Positions 9,746 to 19,873 of a DNA stretch of 64,000 nt are shown in pieces (positions within the stretch are counted from its first letter, which is position 1; every line of letters starts with the position of its first letter). Location: NCBI GenBank assembly GCA_965223845.1, contig CBDCXR010000004.1:7008001-7072000 (forward strand), written 5' to 3'. Position numbers and translations under genes: made by a program. The stretch comes from Planctomycetota bacterium. GTDB lineage: Bacteria > Planctomycetota > UBA8108 > SXIK01. Below the pieces are notes generated by a model that was not told where the DNA came from, searched no databases, and saw only the letters and a program-made list of their open reading frames with translations.

Positions 9746-10387
9746 CTACGGCGACCACGAAAGAAAGTTGCGGAGAAGCTGGAGGCCCGGTCGTCCGCTC
9801 TTTTCGGTGTGAAACTGCACGGCGGCAACGTTGCGCTCGAGGAACGCAGTGGCGAAGTCGACCTCGCCGTAGGTGCTCCGTCCGCGCACGATGCGTTCGT
9901 CCGCGGGCTCGGGATAGTAGCTGTGCACGTAGTAGAACTGACTTCCCGGGGGGATCGACGCGAACAGGGAGTGAGCGTACGCGTCCTGAGTGAGCCGGAG
10001 CTCGTTCCATCCCATGTGCGGAATCTTCTGCTCGTCTCCCGGCGCGAACTGGAACTTACGCACCGTGCCGCGGAGAAGACCGAGGCAGTCGACGCCGCCG
10101 TCTTCGTCGCTCCGTTCGAAGATCACCTGACAGCCGATGCAGATGCCGAAGAACGGCCGGCCGGTCGCGACGAACGTGCGGATGGCGTCCGCGACGCCGG
10201 ACGCGGAGAGGCTCTCCATCGTCGCTCCGGCGGCGCCGACTCCCGGGAAGATGACTCGCTCCGCGCTCGCGATCTCGTCGGGAGATTCGGCGAGGCGCGG
10301 TTCGCCGCCGACGTGACGCACGGCGTGCGCGACGCTCGTGACGTTTCCGGCATCGAACTGAACGAGAACCGCGGTCGGTCGAGACAT
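9746..10387 (-). CDS. hisH: Imidazole glycerol phosphate synthase glutaminase subunit
   Basis: GNVTSV, FPGVG, GICIGCQ, PHMGWN, YYVHSY, QFHTEKS; adjacent to hisF. Confidence 0.95.
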   Translation of the reverse strand: MSRPTAVLVQFDAGNVTSVAHAVRHVGGEPRLAESPDEIASAERVIFPGVGAAGATMESLSASGVADAIRTFVATGRPFFGICIGCQVIFERSDEDGGVDCLGLLRGTVRKFQFAPGDEQKIPHMGWNELRLTQDAYAHSLFASIPPGSQFYYVHSYYPEPADERIVRGRSTYGEVDFATAFLERNVAAVQFHTEKSGRPGLQLLRNFLSWSP

Positions 10388-10550
10388 CGTGGGGCGCTCC
10401 GGGAAGGAAACCGCGCATCATAGCAATCTCTCGCGAAAGTCCATCCCCCCGCTCGGCGCGCGTGGCGCGCAAGGGTCGCCGAAGGTCAGGAGTAAACTTA
10501 AGTACCTATTGTGATTGTGGTTAGGTTTTCTTCGGGGATCGGAAAATCTG

Positions 10551-10577
10551 TGAAACTGTCGACCGCGACTCTCGACT
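10551..10577 (+). promoter_or_regulatory. Candidate ECF-sigma promoter TGAAAC-N16-CGACT
   Basis: tgaaac at 10551-10556, a 16-nt spacer and cgact at 10573-10577, preceded by an AT-rich tract; resembles the SigW-type TGAAAC-N16-CGTA consensus. Confidence 0.45.
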
Positions 10578-10652
10578 TCCCAGGCAGAGAACACGGACTC
10601 GGGCGCCGTCGCCCGAACGAAGAATCGAAACCGCAGCAGGGAGTCAGCCGTC

Positions 10653-11477
10653 ATGTTCAAGTGGACGAAGCGATTGGTGTTACTCGGGGTGGTCGGCGGA
10701 GCCATCGTCGCCGTGTGCGTCGTCACGGGTGCCTCGAGCTACGTGATGAGCTCGGGTCGGATGATCGGATCGAAGCTGAAGGACAGCATTCCGATCGAGT
10801 TCGAGATCCAGCGAGCGCGCGATCTTCTCGACGATCTCGTTCCCGAGCTCCGCGCAAACGTGAGACTCGTCGCGGCGGAAGACGTCGCGGTCGAGACGCT
10901 CGAGCGCGATATCGGCGCGGAGCGAGAGCGCGTTGAGAAGGAGCGATCAAAGGTCCGTACTTTGCGCGACGCGCTCAAGCAGCAGCACGCTTCCTACCGC
11001 TTCGGCAGCGTGACCTACGACCGCGACGAGGTCGTCGGCGAGCTCGAGCGACGTTTCGACAATCTCCGCACCGCGGAGAAGATGCTCGCGAGTCGAGAGG
11101 ATCTCCTCAAGAATCGGCGCCGCTCGCTCCAGGCTGCGATCAACAAGCTCGAGAAGACGCGGATCGCTCGCGTCGAGCTGGCGGCCGAGATCGAGGCGCT
11201 CGAAGCGCAGTTTCGGCTCATGCAGGCGCAGACCGACGACAGTCAGTTCACTCTCGACGACTCGAAGCTCGCGCAGACGCATAAGGTGATCGGCGAGCTC
11301 AAGAACCGGCTGCAGGTCGCGCAGAAGGTCATGGCCCGCGAGGCGAAGCTCGTCGAGTTCATCCCCGTCGAGGTGAAAGTGAGCGAGACGACGGTCGTCG
11401 AGCGGATCGACACCTACTTCGATCGCAGCGATGCCGAAGACACTCCGGCGGTCGCGGCGACGGGTACTGGCTTCTGA
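10653..11477 (+). CDS. Membrane-anchored coiled-coil protein, PspA/IM30-like
   Basis: AGGGAG RBS; N-terminal hydrophobic helix followed by about 200 aa of heptad-rich coiled coil (PIEFEIQRARDLLDDL…). Confidence 0.65.
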   Translation: MFKWTKRLVLLGVVGGAIVAVCVVTGASSYVMSSGRMIGSKLKDSIPIEFEIQRARDLLDDLVPELRANVRLVAAEDVAVETLERDIGAERERVEKERSKVRTLRDALKQQHASYRFGSVTYDRDEVVGELERRFDNLRTAEKMLASREDLLKNRRRSLQAAINKLEKTRIARVELAAEIEALEAQFRLMQAQTDDSQFTLDDSKLAQTHKVIGELKNRLQVAQKVMAREAKLVEFIPVEVKVSETTVVERIDTYFDRSDAEDTPAVAATGTGF

Positions 11478-11610
11478 TCCGATCTCGCCGGGTCGAGCGA
11501 ACGACGCGCGCGCGGTGAAGGATCCCCGCTCGCGCGTCGTTTCACGTAGGGTAAATCGGGTGGACGAAGTACGAAGAACGAGCCGGAGACCGGCTCACGC
11601 GAGGTGGACT

Positions 11611-12498
11611 ATGGCGAAGCAAGTGGTATCGGCGAACGCGCGTACGGGCGGTCGAACGCTCTCGAGTCGCGAACGATCGACTCCCGAGCTCTCGCCGCGG
11701 CTCGTGATTCCCTTGGCCGCGCTGCTCGTCCTCGGTGGAGGGGAGCTCGGGTTGGCCGACGAACGCGTCGGCCGCTGGGCCGGAGAGATCTACCAGTTCC
11801 ACGTCGCCGACGGACTCGACCGGTGGCAGAAGGACGCGATCGTCGCCGCCGCGGACGCCGAAGCGGGTGAGGTCGCGGAGGCGCAAGACTGGGTGCGCGA
11901 CGCCGCGGGATCGGTGAACCGCGAGTGGAGCGCGGGCCGGCTCTCGGTCAAGACGCGCGAGCCGGGGCCGACCGGGCGCCTCGTCGGGTACTCCGGCCTA
12001 GAGGGCGACCGTGACTCCGCCTTGGCCTCGGCGCGTCGCGCGGCGAGCGCGCAGATCGCCGGGCTTCTGCTTTGCAGCCTGCCGCCCGGACAGCAGCGCC
12101 GCGGCGCTCTCGACCTCGACGCGATCTCCCGCTGGCTTCTCGACGCGGTCGGAGAGGAGATCGAGGCTCTCCAGCGAGACGTCCACGTCGAGCTCGTGGA
12201 TCGATCCTACGGCCGACTGTATCGCGCCGCGGTTCTGGTCGATCTGTCCGGCGACGCGGCCGAGAGGCTCGCCGCGGTGAGTCGAGCGCGCGTTGAGGAG
12301 GAGTACGCAGCGCTCTCGCGGGCGCGGACGCACTGGCTCGTCGCGCTGGCGATCGCCGGCGCGCTCACATTCGGCGTGATCGCGGCGGCCGGGGCGCTCA
12401 ATTCGTTCACGAAGGGCTATTACTCCGGCCGATTGTTCGTTCTGAGTCTCCTCGCGCTCGGAGTGATTTGGTTTTTCTTCGTCGCCGTGGCTGCGTAG
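11611..12498 (+). CDS. Hypothetical membrane protein (N-terminal TM, two C-terminal TM helices)
   Basis: GAGGTGG RBS before ATG 11611; C-terminal TM-'TKGYYSGRL'-TM. Confidence 0.65.
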   Translation: MAKQVVSANARTGGRTLSSRERSTPELSPRLVIPLAALLVLGGGELGLADERVGRWAGEIYQFHVADGLDRWQKDAIVAAADAEAGEVAEAQDWVRDAAGSVNREWSAGRLSVKTREPGPTGRLVGYSGLEGDRDSALASARRAASAQIAGLLLCSLPPGQQRRGALDLDAISRWLLDAVGEEIEALQRDVHVELVDRSYGRLYRAAVLVDLSGDAAERLAAVSRARVEEEYAALSRARTHWLVALAIAGALTFGVIAAAGALNSFTKGYYSGRLFVLSLLALGVIWFFFVAVAA

Positions 12499-12579
12499 CC
12501 GCTCGGCGCCGAGCCCGCTGGACGCGGGGCCACGATCGCGCCCACAAGCGGTCGCGAATCGGGTACTCTCGTCCTTCGA

Positions 12580-13377
12580 ATGACGAAGAAGAACGATCCA
12601 CTCCTCGGTTCGAAGCACGCCCGAGTCCGCGAGATCTATCGGGACGACGTGCTGTGGGTTCTCGACAAGGCGGCCGGGATCCTGAGCCACCCGAATCCGC
12701 CGTCGAAGCGCGCGGCGAACGCTCTCATTCGCGCCGAATACGACCCCGAGCGCGAGCTCTATCGCATCGCGATTCCCGGTGAGCGCCAGCGCCAAGTGCA
12801 TCTCGTTCATCGTCTCGATCAGGAGACGAGCGGGCTCATTCTCTGCACCTTCTCGGCGGCGGCGGCAGCGCGACTCCGTGAGGATTTCTTTCACGGCGCG
12901 ATCGAGAAGGAGTACCGCGCGCTCGTCGTCGGCTGTCCGCGGGCGAAGAGCGGCGAGTGGAGCGATCACCTGCGAAAGACGGCGCACCGCGGTGGAGTCA
13001 ACGTCAGCGTCGCTAGCGGTAAGCCGAACGCGCACACGCGCTTTTCCGTCGTGGAGCGATTCGACCGGGCGAATCTAGCGTTGCTCGCGCTCAAGCCCGA
13101 GACGGGGCGCACGCACCAACTGCGCGTCCAAGCCGCGAGTCGGCACTTTCCGATCGCAGGCGATGAGCGCTACGGCGATTTCGCGGCGAACGCCTTCCTC
13201 GCCGGCGCGATCGGACTGCGCCACATGTTTCTTCACGCGAGCCGGCTGCGCTTTCGGCACCCGGAGACCTCGCATCTCCTTCGCTTCGAGGCGCCGATGA
13301 CGTCGCGGCTCTCGACTCCGCTCGAACGCGCGCGGGAGCTCGCGAAGCCGGTGCCGCGGCGGGTGATGAGCAAGTGA
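12580..13377 (+). CDS. RluA-family pseudouridine synthase
   Basis: LDKAAGILSHP, VHRLDQETSGL, TGRTHQLRV, PIAGDERY, MFLHA. Confidence 0.93.
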   Translation: MTKKNDPLLGSKHARVREIYRDDVLWVLDKAAGILSHPNPPSKRAANALIRAEYDPERELYRIAIPGERQRQVHLVHRLDQETSGLILCTFSAAAAARLREDFFHGAIEKEYRALVVGCPRAKSGEWSDHLRKTAHRGGVNVSVASGKPNAHTRFSVVERFDRANLALLALKPETGRTHQLRVQAASRHFPIAGDERYGDFAANAFLAGAIGLRHMFLHASRLRFRHPETSHLLRFEAPMTSRLSTPLERARELAKPVPRRVMSK

Positions 13378-13395
13378 GCTCGCGTACGCTCCGGG

Positions 13396-14928
13396 TCAGC
13401 CGATGATTTCGAGCGGGCGACCGCCGAAGTCGCGCTCGAGGAATCGGTGAAATACGGGTTCCGTCACGTAGCGATCGTACAGGCGTTCGAAGGTGTCGAT
13501 TCCGAGCGGCTTGCGGAGTCGATCGAGTTGCTCGAGGATTCGCTGGGTCCAGTCGAGGCGCTGCATTCCCCAGGTGTAGAGATAGAGATTCGCGAGCACG
13601 CGGAAGAGAAGCTGGGGATCGCGCAGGCTGCGAGCCGCGAGAAGCACCTCGCGATGGAACCGCTCCCCCGGCTGATCGGACCGTTCCTGGAGGAGGAGCT
13701 GGCTCTTGAGGAGGAGGCCGGCGGCGAACGCCGGAAGACAGCCGCGGTGTCGGGCGAGTTCCGTGCACCTCAGGGCATCGGTGAAAGCGGGTTTGAGCCG
13801 TCCGCGCCGAAGCTGATAGTGTCCGCGGTAGAGCGAAACGCGGTAGAGTCCGGACGTCAGTCCGTCGCCCCAGCCCTGAAAGGAGCGCTCCGCCGCGCGG
13901 AACCGCGCGAGCGCGAGCGCGTCGCGCTCGGAGTCACCGAGAAGCGCGACGGCTTCGGCTCCCGCGAGTCGCGCATCGGCGAGGAGCAGGTGACCTCCGA
14001 GCGAAGGCGAGCACGCGCCGCGCGCAAACGACTTCGCGCGACGCAGGTGAGTGGCGGCACGGACCGTATCGTTCTCGTCGAGAGCGACGTGAACGCGGGC
14101 GGCGAGGGCCGCGGCCAGAGTGACGCTCCGCGTCGGCCCCGGCGGAGCGCTCCTCGCCGAGACGAGGGTTTCGTTCAGCAGGCGGTCGGCGGCCGCGAAC
14201 TCGCCGCGCTTTTCGTGAACGATCGCGACGTGAATGCGAAATCCTTCCGCGCGAAAGGCATTCCCGAGTCGGCGGCAATTCGTGGCCGCGCGGGAGAGAA
14301 TCGACTCGGCCCGCGAAAGCTGCCCCTCGGCGACATCGATGATTCCGATCGCGCCGCGCGCTTCCCAGGCTCTTCGCTGGGAGTCGACGGCGGGATCCGC
14401 GTGAAACTCCGCCGCGCTTCTCGCGAAGAGGGATCGTGCGCGCCGGTAGTCGCCGCTCAAGTAGCGGAAGCGTGCGAGTGCGTCCAACCACGCACCGCGG
14501 TCGTACGGTTCACGCGCGTTTCGCCTCTCGAGGACGAGCGTCTTCCGTACCGTCGACCGCCGCAGCGTGCTCGCGGCCGCGTCCAGCCGCAGGGTTTGGA
14601 ACCAAGGATACCGGTCGAGGTCGCGCCACTCGCCGGAGGCGTCGAGCCAGGCGGAATCGCGGGAGACCGGAGCCACCGCGCGAGAATCCAGTAGGCGGTA
14701 GATTCGTTCGCCGATCGCCGTGCCGTGACGCCGTTGGTGCGTTCGGACGAGCGCGGCGGCGAGATCCGACCCTCCCGCTTGAACGAGAATGTCGATCGCC
14801 CGGACGACGAACCCGAGGCGCTCGGGCCGATCGGTCCACGCAAGGAGACTTCGTGACGCCAAGGGGAATTCGCGCGCGTCGCCTGATCCCGCCCGCAGGA
14901 TCGCCCCTGCGATTCTCGGCCACTCCAC
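13396..14928 (-). CDS. Hypothetical TPR-like alpha-solenoid protein
   Basis: Helical repeats of the MalT-like TPR type (LARFRYLSGDYRRARSLF, AIVHEKRGEFAAADRLL); GAGAGGA RBS before the GTG. Confidence 0.6.
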   Translation of the reverse strand: MEWPRIAGAILRAGSGDAREFPLASRSLLAWTDRPERLGFVVRAIDILVQAGGSDLAAALVRTHQRRHGTAIGERIYRLLDSRAVAPVSRDSAWLDASGEWRDLDRYPWFQTLRLDAAASTLRRSTVRKTLVLERRNAREPYDRGAWLDALARFRYLSGDYRRARSLFARSAAEFHADPAVDSQRRAWEARGAIGIIDVAEGQLSRAESILSRAATNCRRLGNAFRAEGFRIHVAIVHEKRGEFAAADRLLNETLVSARSAPPGPTRSVTLAAALAARVHVALDENDTVRAATHLRRAKSFARGACSPSLGGHLLLADARLAGAEAVALLGDSERDALALARFRAAERSFQGWGDGLTSGLYRVSLYRGHYQLRRGRLKPAFTDALRCTELARHRGCLPAFAAGLLLKSQLLLQERSDQPGERFHREVLLAARSLRDPQLLFRVLANLYLYTWGMQRLDWTQRILEQLDRLRKPLGIDTFERLYDRYVTEPVFHRFLERDFGGRPLEIIG

Positions 14929-14972
14929 CGTACCGTCCTCTCTCGCTGGAGTCGAACTGGCCGCCCCGAAGC

Positions 14973-15665
14973 CTAGGGTTCGTTCGGTTGCACGTCGAAC
15001 TCACCGTCGCGCCGAACGAGCGCGAAGCGGGCGAACGCTTGCGTCGGTTCGTGCCACGGACGGTGGAGAAGGAGGTCATACCGCTCGGTGCGCGATTCCG
15101 ACCAGGCGGTCTCGTCAAAGTCGAGGAGAGTTGTGACGTGACCCGAGGCGAGCCCCGCATCGAGGGCGGACGCGACATCGGCGTGGCGAAGGGCGACGAG
15201 GAACGCGTCGAGCGAGGCCGTCGTCGTGAGGACTGGAATCGATGTCTCCTCCTCGGACGAGATGAATCGAGCGGAGACAACACGGTGTCGAGGTTCGGTT
15301 GCGCATTCCGCGACCTCGACCCGGTAGCGATTCATGCTCAGGCTGAACTGCGACGCGAACTCGAGCCCGTAGCGTCGCCGCGCGGCGCAGTCTTCCGGTG
15401 GGTCGTCGTCGGGTTCGAGCGTCGTCAGCGCTTCGAGATTGAGCGGAATCAGCGTGGAATCGAGCAACTCGCGGAGCTCGGGAGATTCGAGGAGCGCACG
15501 GACACGGAGAACGTCATCGAATTCGCTGAACTGTGAGCGATTGACGAAGATGTCTCCGATGTCCGACGCGAGTACGATTCGCCAGCCCACGAAGGCGAGC
15601 AGCGCGAGGCCGCCGAGAGCCGCGGCGTGACGAATCGGAGTTCGCGGTCGTGTTCGTCGACTCAC
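14973..15665 (-). CDS. Hypothetical protein with N-terminal TM/signal segment
   Basis: 3' part of the 374-aa ORF. GTG start at 15665 lies downstream of the hppA terminator; hydrophobic AAALGGLALLAFVGWRIVLA. Confidence 0.55.
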   Translation of the reverse strand: MSRRTRPRTPIRHAAALGGLALLAFVGWRIVLASDIGDIFVNRSQFSEFDDVLRVRALLESPELRELLDSTLIPLNLEALTTLEPDDDPPEDCAARRRYGLEFASQFSLSMNRYRVEVAECATEPRHRVVSARFISSEEETSIPVLTTTASLDAFLVALRHADVASALDAGLASGHVTTLLDFDETAWSESRTERYDLLLHRPWHEPTQAFARFALVRRDGEFDVQPNEP

Positions 15666-15822
15666 TTTTCGCGCCCGTCTCACAATTGACCAATCGACAG
15701 AATTTTCCAAACGGAAGCATCCTATCGGGCGCGGAAGGGCCGGCGCAAGGGGGCGAATTCGGGAGAATTTCGCCCTCGCGGCGCGATCGTGGGGGCCTGG
15801 CGGGTGCGGGGTCCCCGCCCGC

Positions 15823-15863
15823 AAAAAAAAAAAACCGACCCCGGTCGAGCGACCGAGGTCGGT
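15823..15863 (-). terminator. Rho-independent terminator of hppA
   Basis: Minus strand reads ACCGACCTCGGTCG-CT-CGACCGGGGTCGG followed by 12 T, about 50 nt after the hppA stop. Confidence 0.9.
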
Positions 15864-15910
15864 GTGCTGTCGGTTGTCTCTCGATCGACGCCCTCGAGCG
15901 TCCGCGGATC

Positions 15911-17986
15911 TCAGATGAAGAACGGGACGCACACGAGCGAGACGATCGACATCAGCTTGATGAGGATGTTGATCGACGGGCCCGAGGTGTCCTTGAACGG
16001 ATCGCCGACCGTGTCGCCGACGACGCTCGCCTTGTGCGCCTCGGAGCCCTTGCCACCGTGCGCTCCGCCCTCGATGTACTTCTTTGCGTTGTCCCACGCG
16101 CCGCCGGCGTTGGACATGAAGATCGCGAGGAGGACGCCCGTGACGAGCGCACCCGCGAGGAGTCCGCCGAGCGCCGCCGGACCGAGGACCTTTCCGACGA
16201 CGACGGGCACGACGACGGCCAGTACGCCGGGGAGCACCATCTCCTGGAGCGCCGCCGTCGTCGAAATGTCGACGCAGCGCGCGTAGTCCGGCTTCTCCGT
16301 GCCTTCGAGGATGCCTTTCCGCGTTCGGAACTGCTGCCGGACCTCCTCGATCATCTTCTTCGCCGCACGCCCGACCGCCTTCATCGTCAGCGCAGTGAAG
16401 AGAAACGTCATCATGCCGCCGACGAAGAGCCCGATCGTGACCTTCGGGTCGAGGATGTCGATCTCGAATCCCGTCTTGAACTCCGAACCTTCCGGCGCGC
16501 GGGCGATGATTTCCTGCTTGTAGGTAACGAAGAGCGCCAGCGCCGTGAGGGCGGCCGATCCGATCGCGAAGCCCTTTCCGATCGCCGCCGTGGTGTTTCC
16601 GACGGCATCGAGAGTGTCGGTCCGGTTGCGAACTTCGGGTTCGCAGTGGGACATCTCCGCGATCCCGCCCGCGTTGTCAGCGACTGGGCCGTAGGCATCG
16701 ACCGCGAGAGAGATGCCGAGCGTCGAGAGCATCCCGACCGCGGAGATCGCGATGCCGTAGAGTCCGGCGAGCTCGTGGGAGACGAAGATCGCGATCGAGA
16801 TCATGAGAATCGGCGCCGCCGTCGACTGCATCCCGACCGCGAGACCGTGAATGATATTCGTCGCGGTTCCGGTGACGGACTGGGTCGCGATCGCTTGCGC
16901 GTGGCGCATCTTTTCCGACGTGTAGTACTCCGTGATCTTCCCGATGAGGAGGCCTAGGAAAAGTCCCGCCCAGACCGCAGTCACGATTTGCCAGGGCCCG
17001 TAGGTCTCCCCGTCGATGCTGAAGCGGAGATCGTCCCCGAAGCTAGCGGTGACGATCGCCGATCCGATGACGAGCACGATCGACGCGACGACCAGACCGC
17101 TGAACAGCGCGTGGTTGACCTTCGATTCATCGGAGGTCTTCACCGCTGTCGTGCCGATCACCGCGGCCACGATTCCGATCGCGGCGAGGCAGAGCGGATA
17201 AAGGACGAGCGCTTCAGACGTGTTCCCCTGGAGGAGAGAGTACCCGATCGCCATCGAGGCGATGATCGCGCCGACGTACGACTCGAAGAGGTCGGCGCCC
17301 ATTCCGGCGACATCGCCGACGTTGTCACCGACGTTGTCCGCGATGGTCGCGGGATTGCGAGGGTCGTCCTCGGGGATGCCGCTTTCGACCTTGCCGACGA
17401 GGTCGGCGCCGACGTCGGCGGCCTTGGTGAAGATCCCGCCGCCGACGCGCGCGAAGAGCGCGATCGACGAGGCGCCGAACGAGAAACCGAACACCGGGTC
17501 GATCCAGCGGTCGAGGCCGAGCGACTCCGCTCCGACGGTCCTGAATAAGGTCGTGAGCACCGCGATCCCGAGGAGCCCGAGCCCGACGACCGTGAATCCC
17601 ATCACGGCGCCGCTCGAGAACGCGACCTGGAGCGCTTGTCCGAGCCCCGACTTCGCCGCTTGGGTCGTCCGCACCGCGCTTCCCGTCGCGACTCGCATTC
17701 CGACGAATCCCGCGAGCCCGCTCGAGATCGCACCGTAGAGAAACGCGGCCGCCGTCCACCAGTCGAGGCCGAAACCGATCGTGAAGAAAACGACTCCGGA
17801 GAAAACCGCGAGCGTGCTGTACTCGCGCTTCAGAAACGCCATCGCACCTTGCTGAATAGCGGTAGCGATGTCGCGCATCTCCTCCGTTCCGGCGTCCTGC
17901 TGGAAGATTTTCGTGCGGCGCACGAACGCGAAGACGAGCGAACCGAGTGCGATGACGAGGCTGCCGTAGAGCGTGACCTGAACCAT
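15911..17986 (-). CDS. hppA: Membrane-bound ion-translocating pyrophosphatase (K+-dependent, probably Na+-pumping)
   Basis: [64 protein letters not shown]. Confidence 0.97.
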   Translation of the reverse strand: MVQVTLYGSLVIALGSLVFAFVRRTKIFQQDAGTEEMRDIATAIQQGAMAFLKREYSTLAVFSGVVFFTIGFGLDWWTAAAFLYGAISSGLAGFVGMRVATGSAVRTTQAAKSGLGQALQVAFSSGAVMGFTVVGLGLLGIAVLTTLFRTVGAESLGLDRWIDPVFGFSFGASSIALFARVGGGIFTKAADVGADLVGKVESGIPEDDPRNPATIADNVGDNVGDVAGMGADLFESYVGAIIASMAIGYSLLQGNTSEALVLYPLCLAAIGIVAAVIGTTAVKTSDESKVNHALFSGLVVASIVLVIGSAIVTASFGDDLRFSIDGETYGPWQIVTAVWAGLFLGLLIGKITEYYTSEKMRHAQAIATQSVTGTATNIIHGLAVGMQSTAAPILMISIAIFVSHELAGLYGIAISAVGMLSTLGISLAVDAYGPVADNAGGIAEMSHCEPEVRNRTDTLDAVGNTTAAIGKGFAIGSAALTALALFVTYKQEIIARAPEGSEFKTGFEIDILDPKVTIGLFVGGMMTFLFTALTMKAVGRAAKKMIEEVRQQFRTRKGILEGTEKPDYARCVDISTTAALQEMVLPGVLAVVVPVVVGKVLGPAALGGLLAGALVTGVLLAIFMSNAGGAWDNAKKYIEGGAHGGKGSEAHKASVVGDTVGDPFKDTSGPSINILIKLMSIVSLVCVPFFI

Positions 17987-18238
17987 CAGAGGTGGACTCC
18001 GTCAGAATTCTCGGGGCGGTCCCCGGCGGCGCCGTGCGGACGAGTGAGCACCCGAAGTCTAAGGTTTTCCATGCGCGCCGAATCCCCCCTCGATGGTCGT
18101 CCGATCACGCTCCTGGCGCGCCCGAGAGACAGGCGCCGCGCGGAGAGATGGACGGCGTCGATCGACCGAGAATCACCCGCGTGTGTCTTCCTTCTTTGTC
18201 GGACGCCGAACGCCAAATCCGCACCGGTGCCTCGGAGG

Positions 18239-19873
18239 TCAGAATTCCACGAACGCGAACGCGAAGTGGGTGAGGAGAACGAACAGCGTGGCTCCGATAA
18301 TCGTCGCCGTAATCCCTCGGCTGACATCGACGGGCGAGGACTTCGGCCGTTGGCCGATAAAGTAGGCGATCGCGCCCGTTCCGAAGCCGCAGACGAGCGT
18401 CTTCGCGAGCAGCCAGTGAGTGCCCCAATAGAACGTATGTGACGGTAGACGTAGATCCCGGTGGAAGTGCCCATCCCAGTAGTGCGGGCCGTAATCGGGG
18501 TAACTGTAGACGAATGCCGCGAGGCTGGTCAGCTTCGCGACGAAAAACCCGAGCGCGATGAGGAGCGGTGCGCCGACGACGAAACCCCACACGATCCCGG
18601 TGAGGAGATACCGCGGGGGCTCGACTCCAAACGAGCGGAGGGCGTCGAACTGTCGCGCGTAGACGCGGCCGCCGACGTCCGACGCGACCGCGGCGCCGCA
18701 GCGCGCCGCTACGAGCACGGTGAGAAGTACGGGAACGATGATCCGATAAAGAGCGAAGCCGAGCCCGCTCAGCAGCTCGTCGACAAGAAGAGGCTCGGTG
18801 TACTGGCGGTGGGGCAGAAACTTGAAGACGAAGTGCGTCGACACGAACCCGGCGATGAGTCCCGAGGCCCCGAAGTAAACGCACGCGCCAGGTGACGCGA
18901 CGAGCGAAACGTAGTGGCGGACGTAGCGAGCGCCCCAGCGAAGACTCCGCCAACGCGGCACGAGCGCGAGGGCGGCCGCGAGTGCGCATTCGAGAACGGC
19001 GGTCGTCCCGCTCAGGAACCGGGCCGCGCGCGCCCCGACGCGGCGGCCGAACGACGCGCGCTTCGGCGCTTCGAGCGCCCGCGTCTGGAGCTCGGAGAGG
19101 GACTCGAGCTCGGCCGGTTCCACCTCCCTTAGCGTTTTCTCCTTGGGATCGATGCAGTAGACGCGATCCGCGATGGGAGCGAGCTGAGCGTAGTCGTGCG
19201 TGACGACGACCGTCGTCTTTCCGTGACGGTCTCCCGTGGCGCGGATGCGTTCGGCCACGAGACGCGAGTTGGCGGGATCGAGCCCGGACGTCGGCTCGTC
19301 GTAAAGGATCACCGGCGGATCGTAAGCGAGCGTCCGCGCGATCGCGAGACGCTGCTTTTGTCCGCCGCTCAGCGCGCTCACCGGCGTGTTCGTCGGCAGG
19401 CCGAACTCGCGGACGAGCTCCTCCGGTCCGCTCGGCACCGCGGCGCGATCGCGCGCTTCCGATGCGTCGTCCTTTCTGTCCGGTTCCCCGTTCGCTGCCG
19501 TTGCCGTTGCGGTCTCCGCTCGGTTCGGCGCGCGGTGGTCGATCGCAAAGCGGATGTTCTCCGCGACACTCAATTCGTCGAAGAGGGCGAAGCTCTGAAA
19601 GACGACGCCCACGCGTGCGCCGTCGCGCGGGCCCGGACGGCCGAGAACGTTTGCTCCGCCGATCTCGACCTCGCCCGAAAGGGAGAACACCGGATCGTCC
19701 GAACGCACGAGTCCCGCGAGTATCCGAAGAAGCACTGACTTTCCGGCCCCGCTCGGTCCGACGACGAGGGTGACGCCGCCGTCCGGAAAGAGCGCGTCGA
19801 CGTTCTCGAGGAGCAGCGTGCCGCCGACTCTCACGGAGAGAGCTCGAATCTCGACCGCGGAGTGTCGGCTCAC
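18239..19873 (-). CDS. Fused ABC ATPase (MlaF-like) and MlaE-family permease
   Basis: N-terminal Walker A GPSGAGKS, LSGGQKQR, YDEP and VTH. C-terminal PVLLTVLVAARCGAAVASDVG…QFDALRSFGVEP matches the MlaE signature. GTG at 19873 overlaps the upstream stop (GTGA). Confidence 0.88.
   Translation of the reverse strand: MSRHSAVEIRALSVRVGGTLLLENVDALFPDGGVTLVVGPSGAGKSVLLRILAGLVRSDDPVFSLSGEVEIGGANVLGRPGPRDGARVGVVFQSFALFDELSVAENIRFAIDHRAPNRAETATATAANGEPDRKDDASEARDRAAVPSGPEELVREFGLPTNTPVSALSGGQKQRLAIARTLAYDPPVILYDEPTSGLDPANSRLVAERIRATGDRHGKTTVVVTHDYAQLAPIADRVYCIDPKEKTLREVEPAELESLSELQTRALEAPKRASFGRRVGARAARFLSGTTAVLECALAAALALVPRWRSLRWGARYVRHYVSLVASPGACVYFGASGLIAGFVSTHFVFKFLPHRQYTEPLLVDELLSGLGFALYRIIVPVLLTVLVAARCGAAVASDVGGRVYARQFDALRSFGVEPPRYLLTGIVWGFVVGAPLLIALGFFVAKLTSLAAFVYSYPDYGPHYWDGHFHRDLRLPSHTFYWGTHWLLAKTLVCGFGTGAIAYFIGQRPKSSPVDVSRGITATIIGATLFVLLTHFAFAFVEF

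Noticed and set aside
8909-10387. hisH-hisF away from other his genes (possible LPS-modifying WbuYZ-type paralogues)
   Set aside because: The sequences look canonical and no N-acetyl sugar amidotransferase or glycan genes are adjacent; scattered his genes are common.
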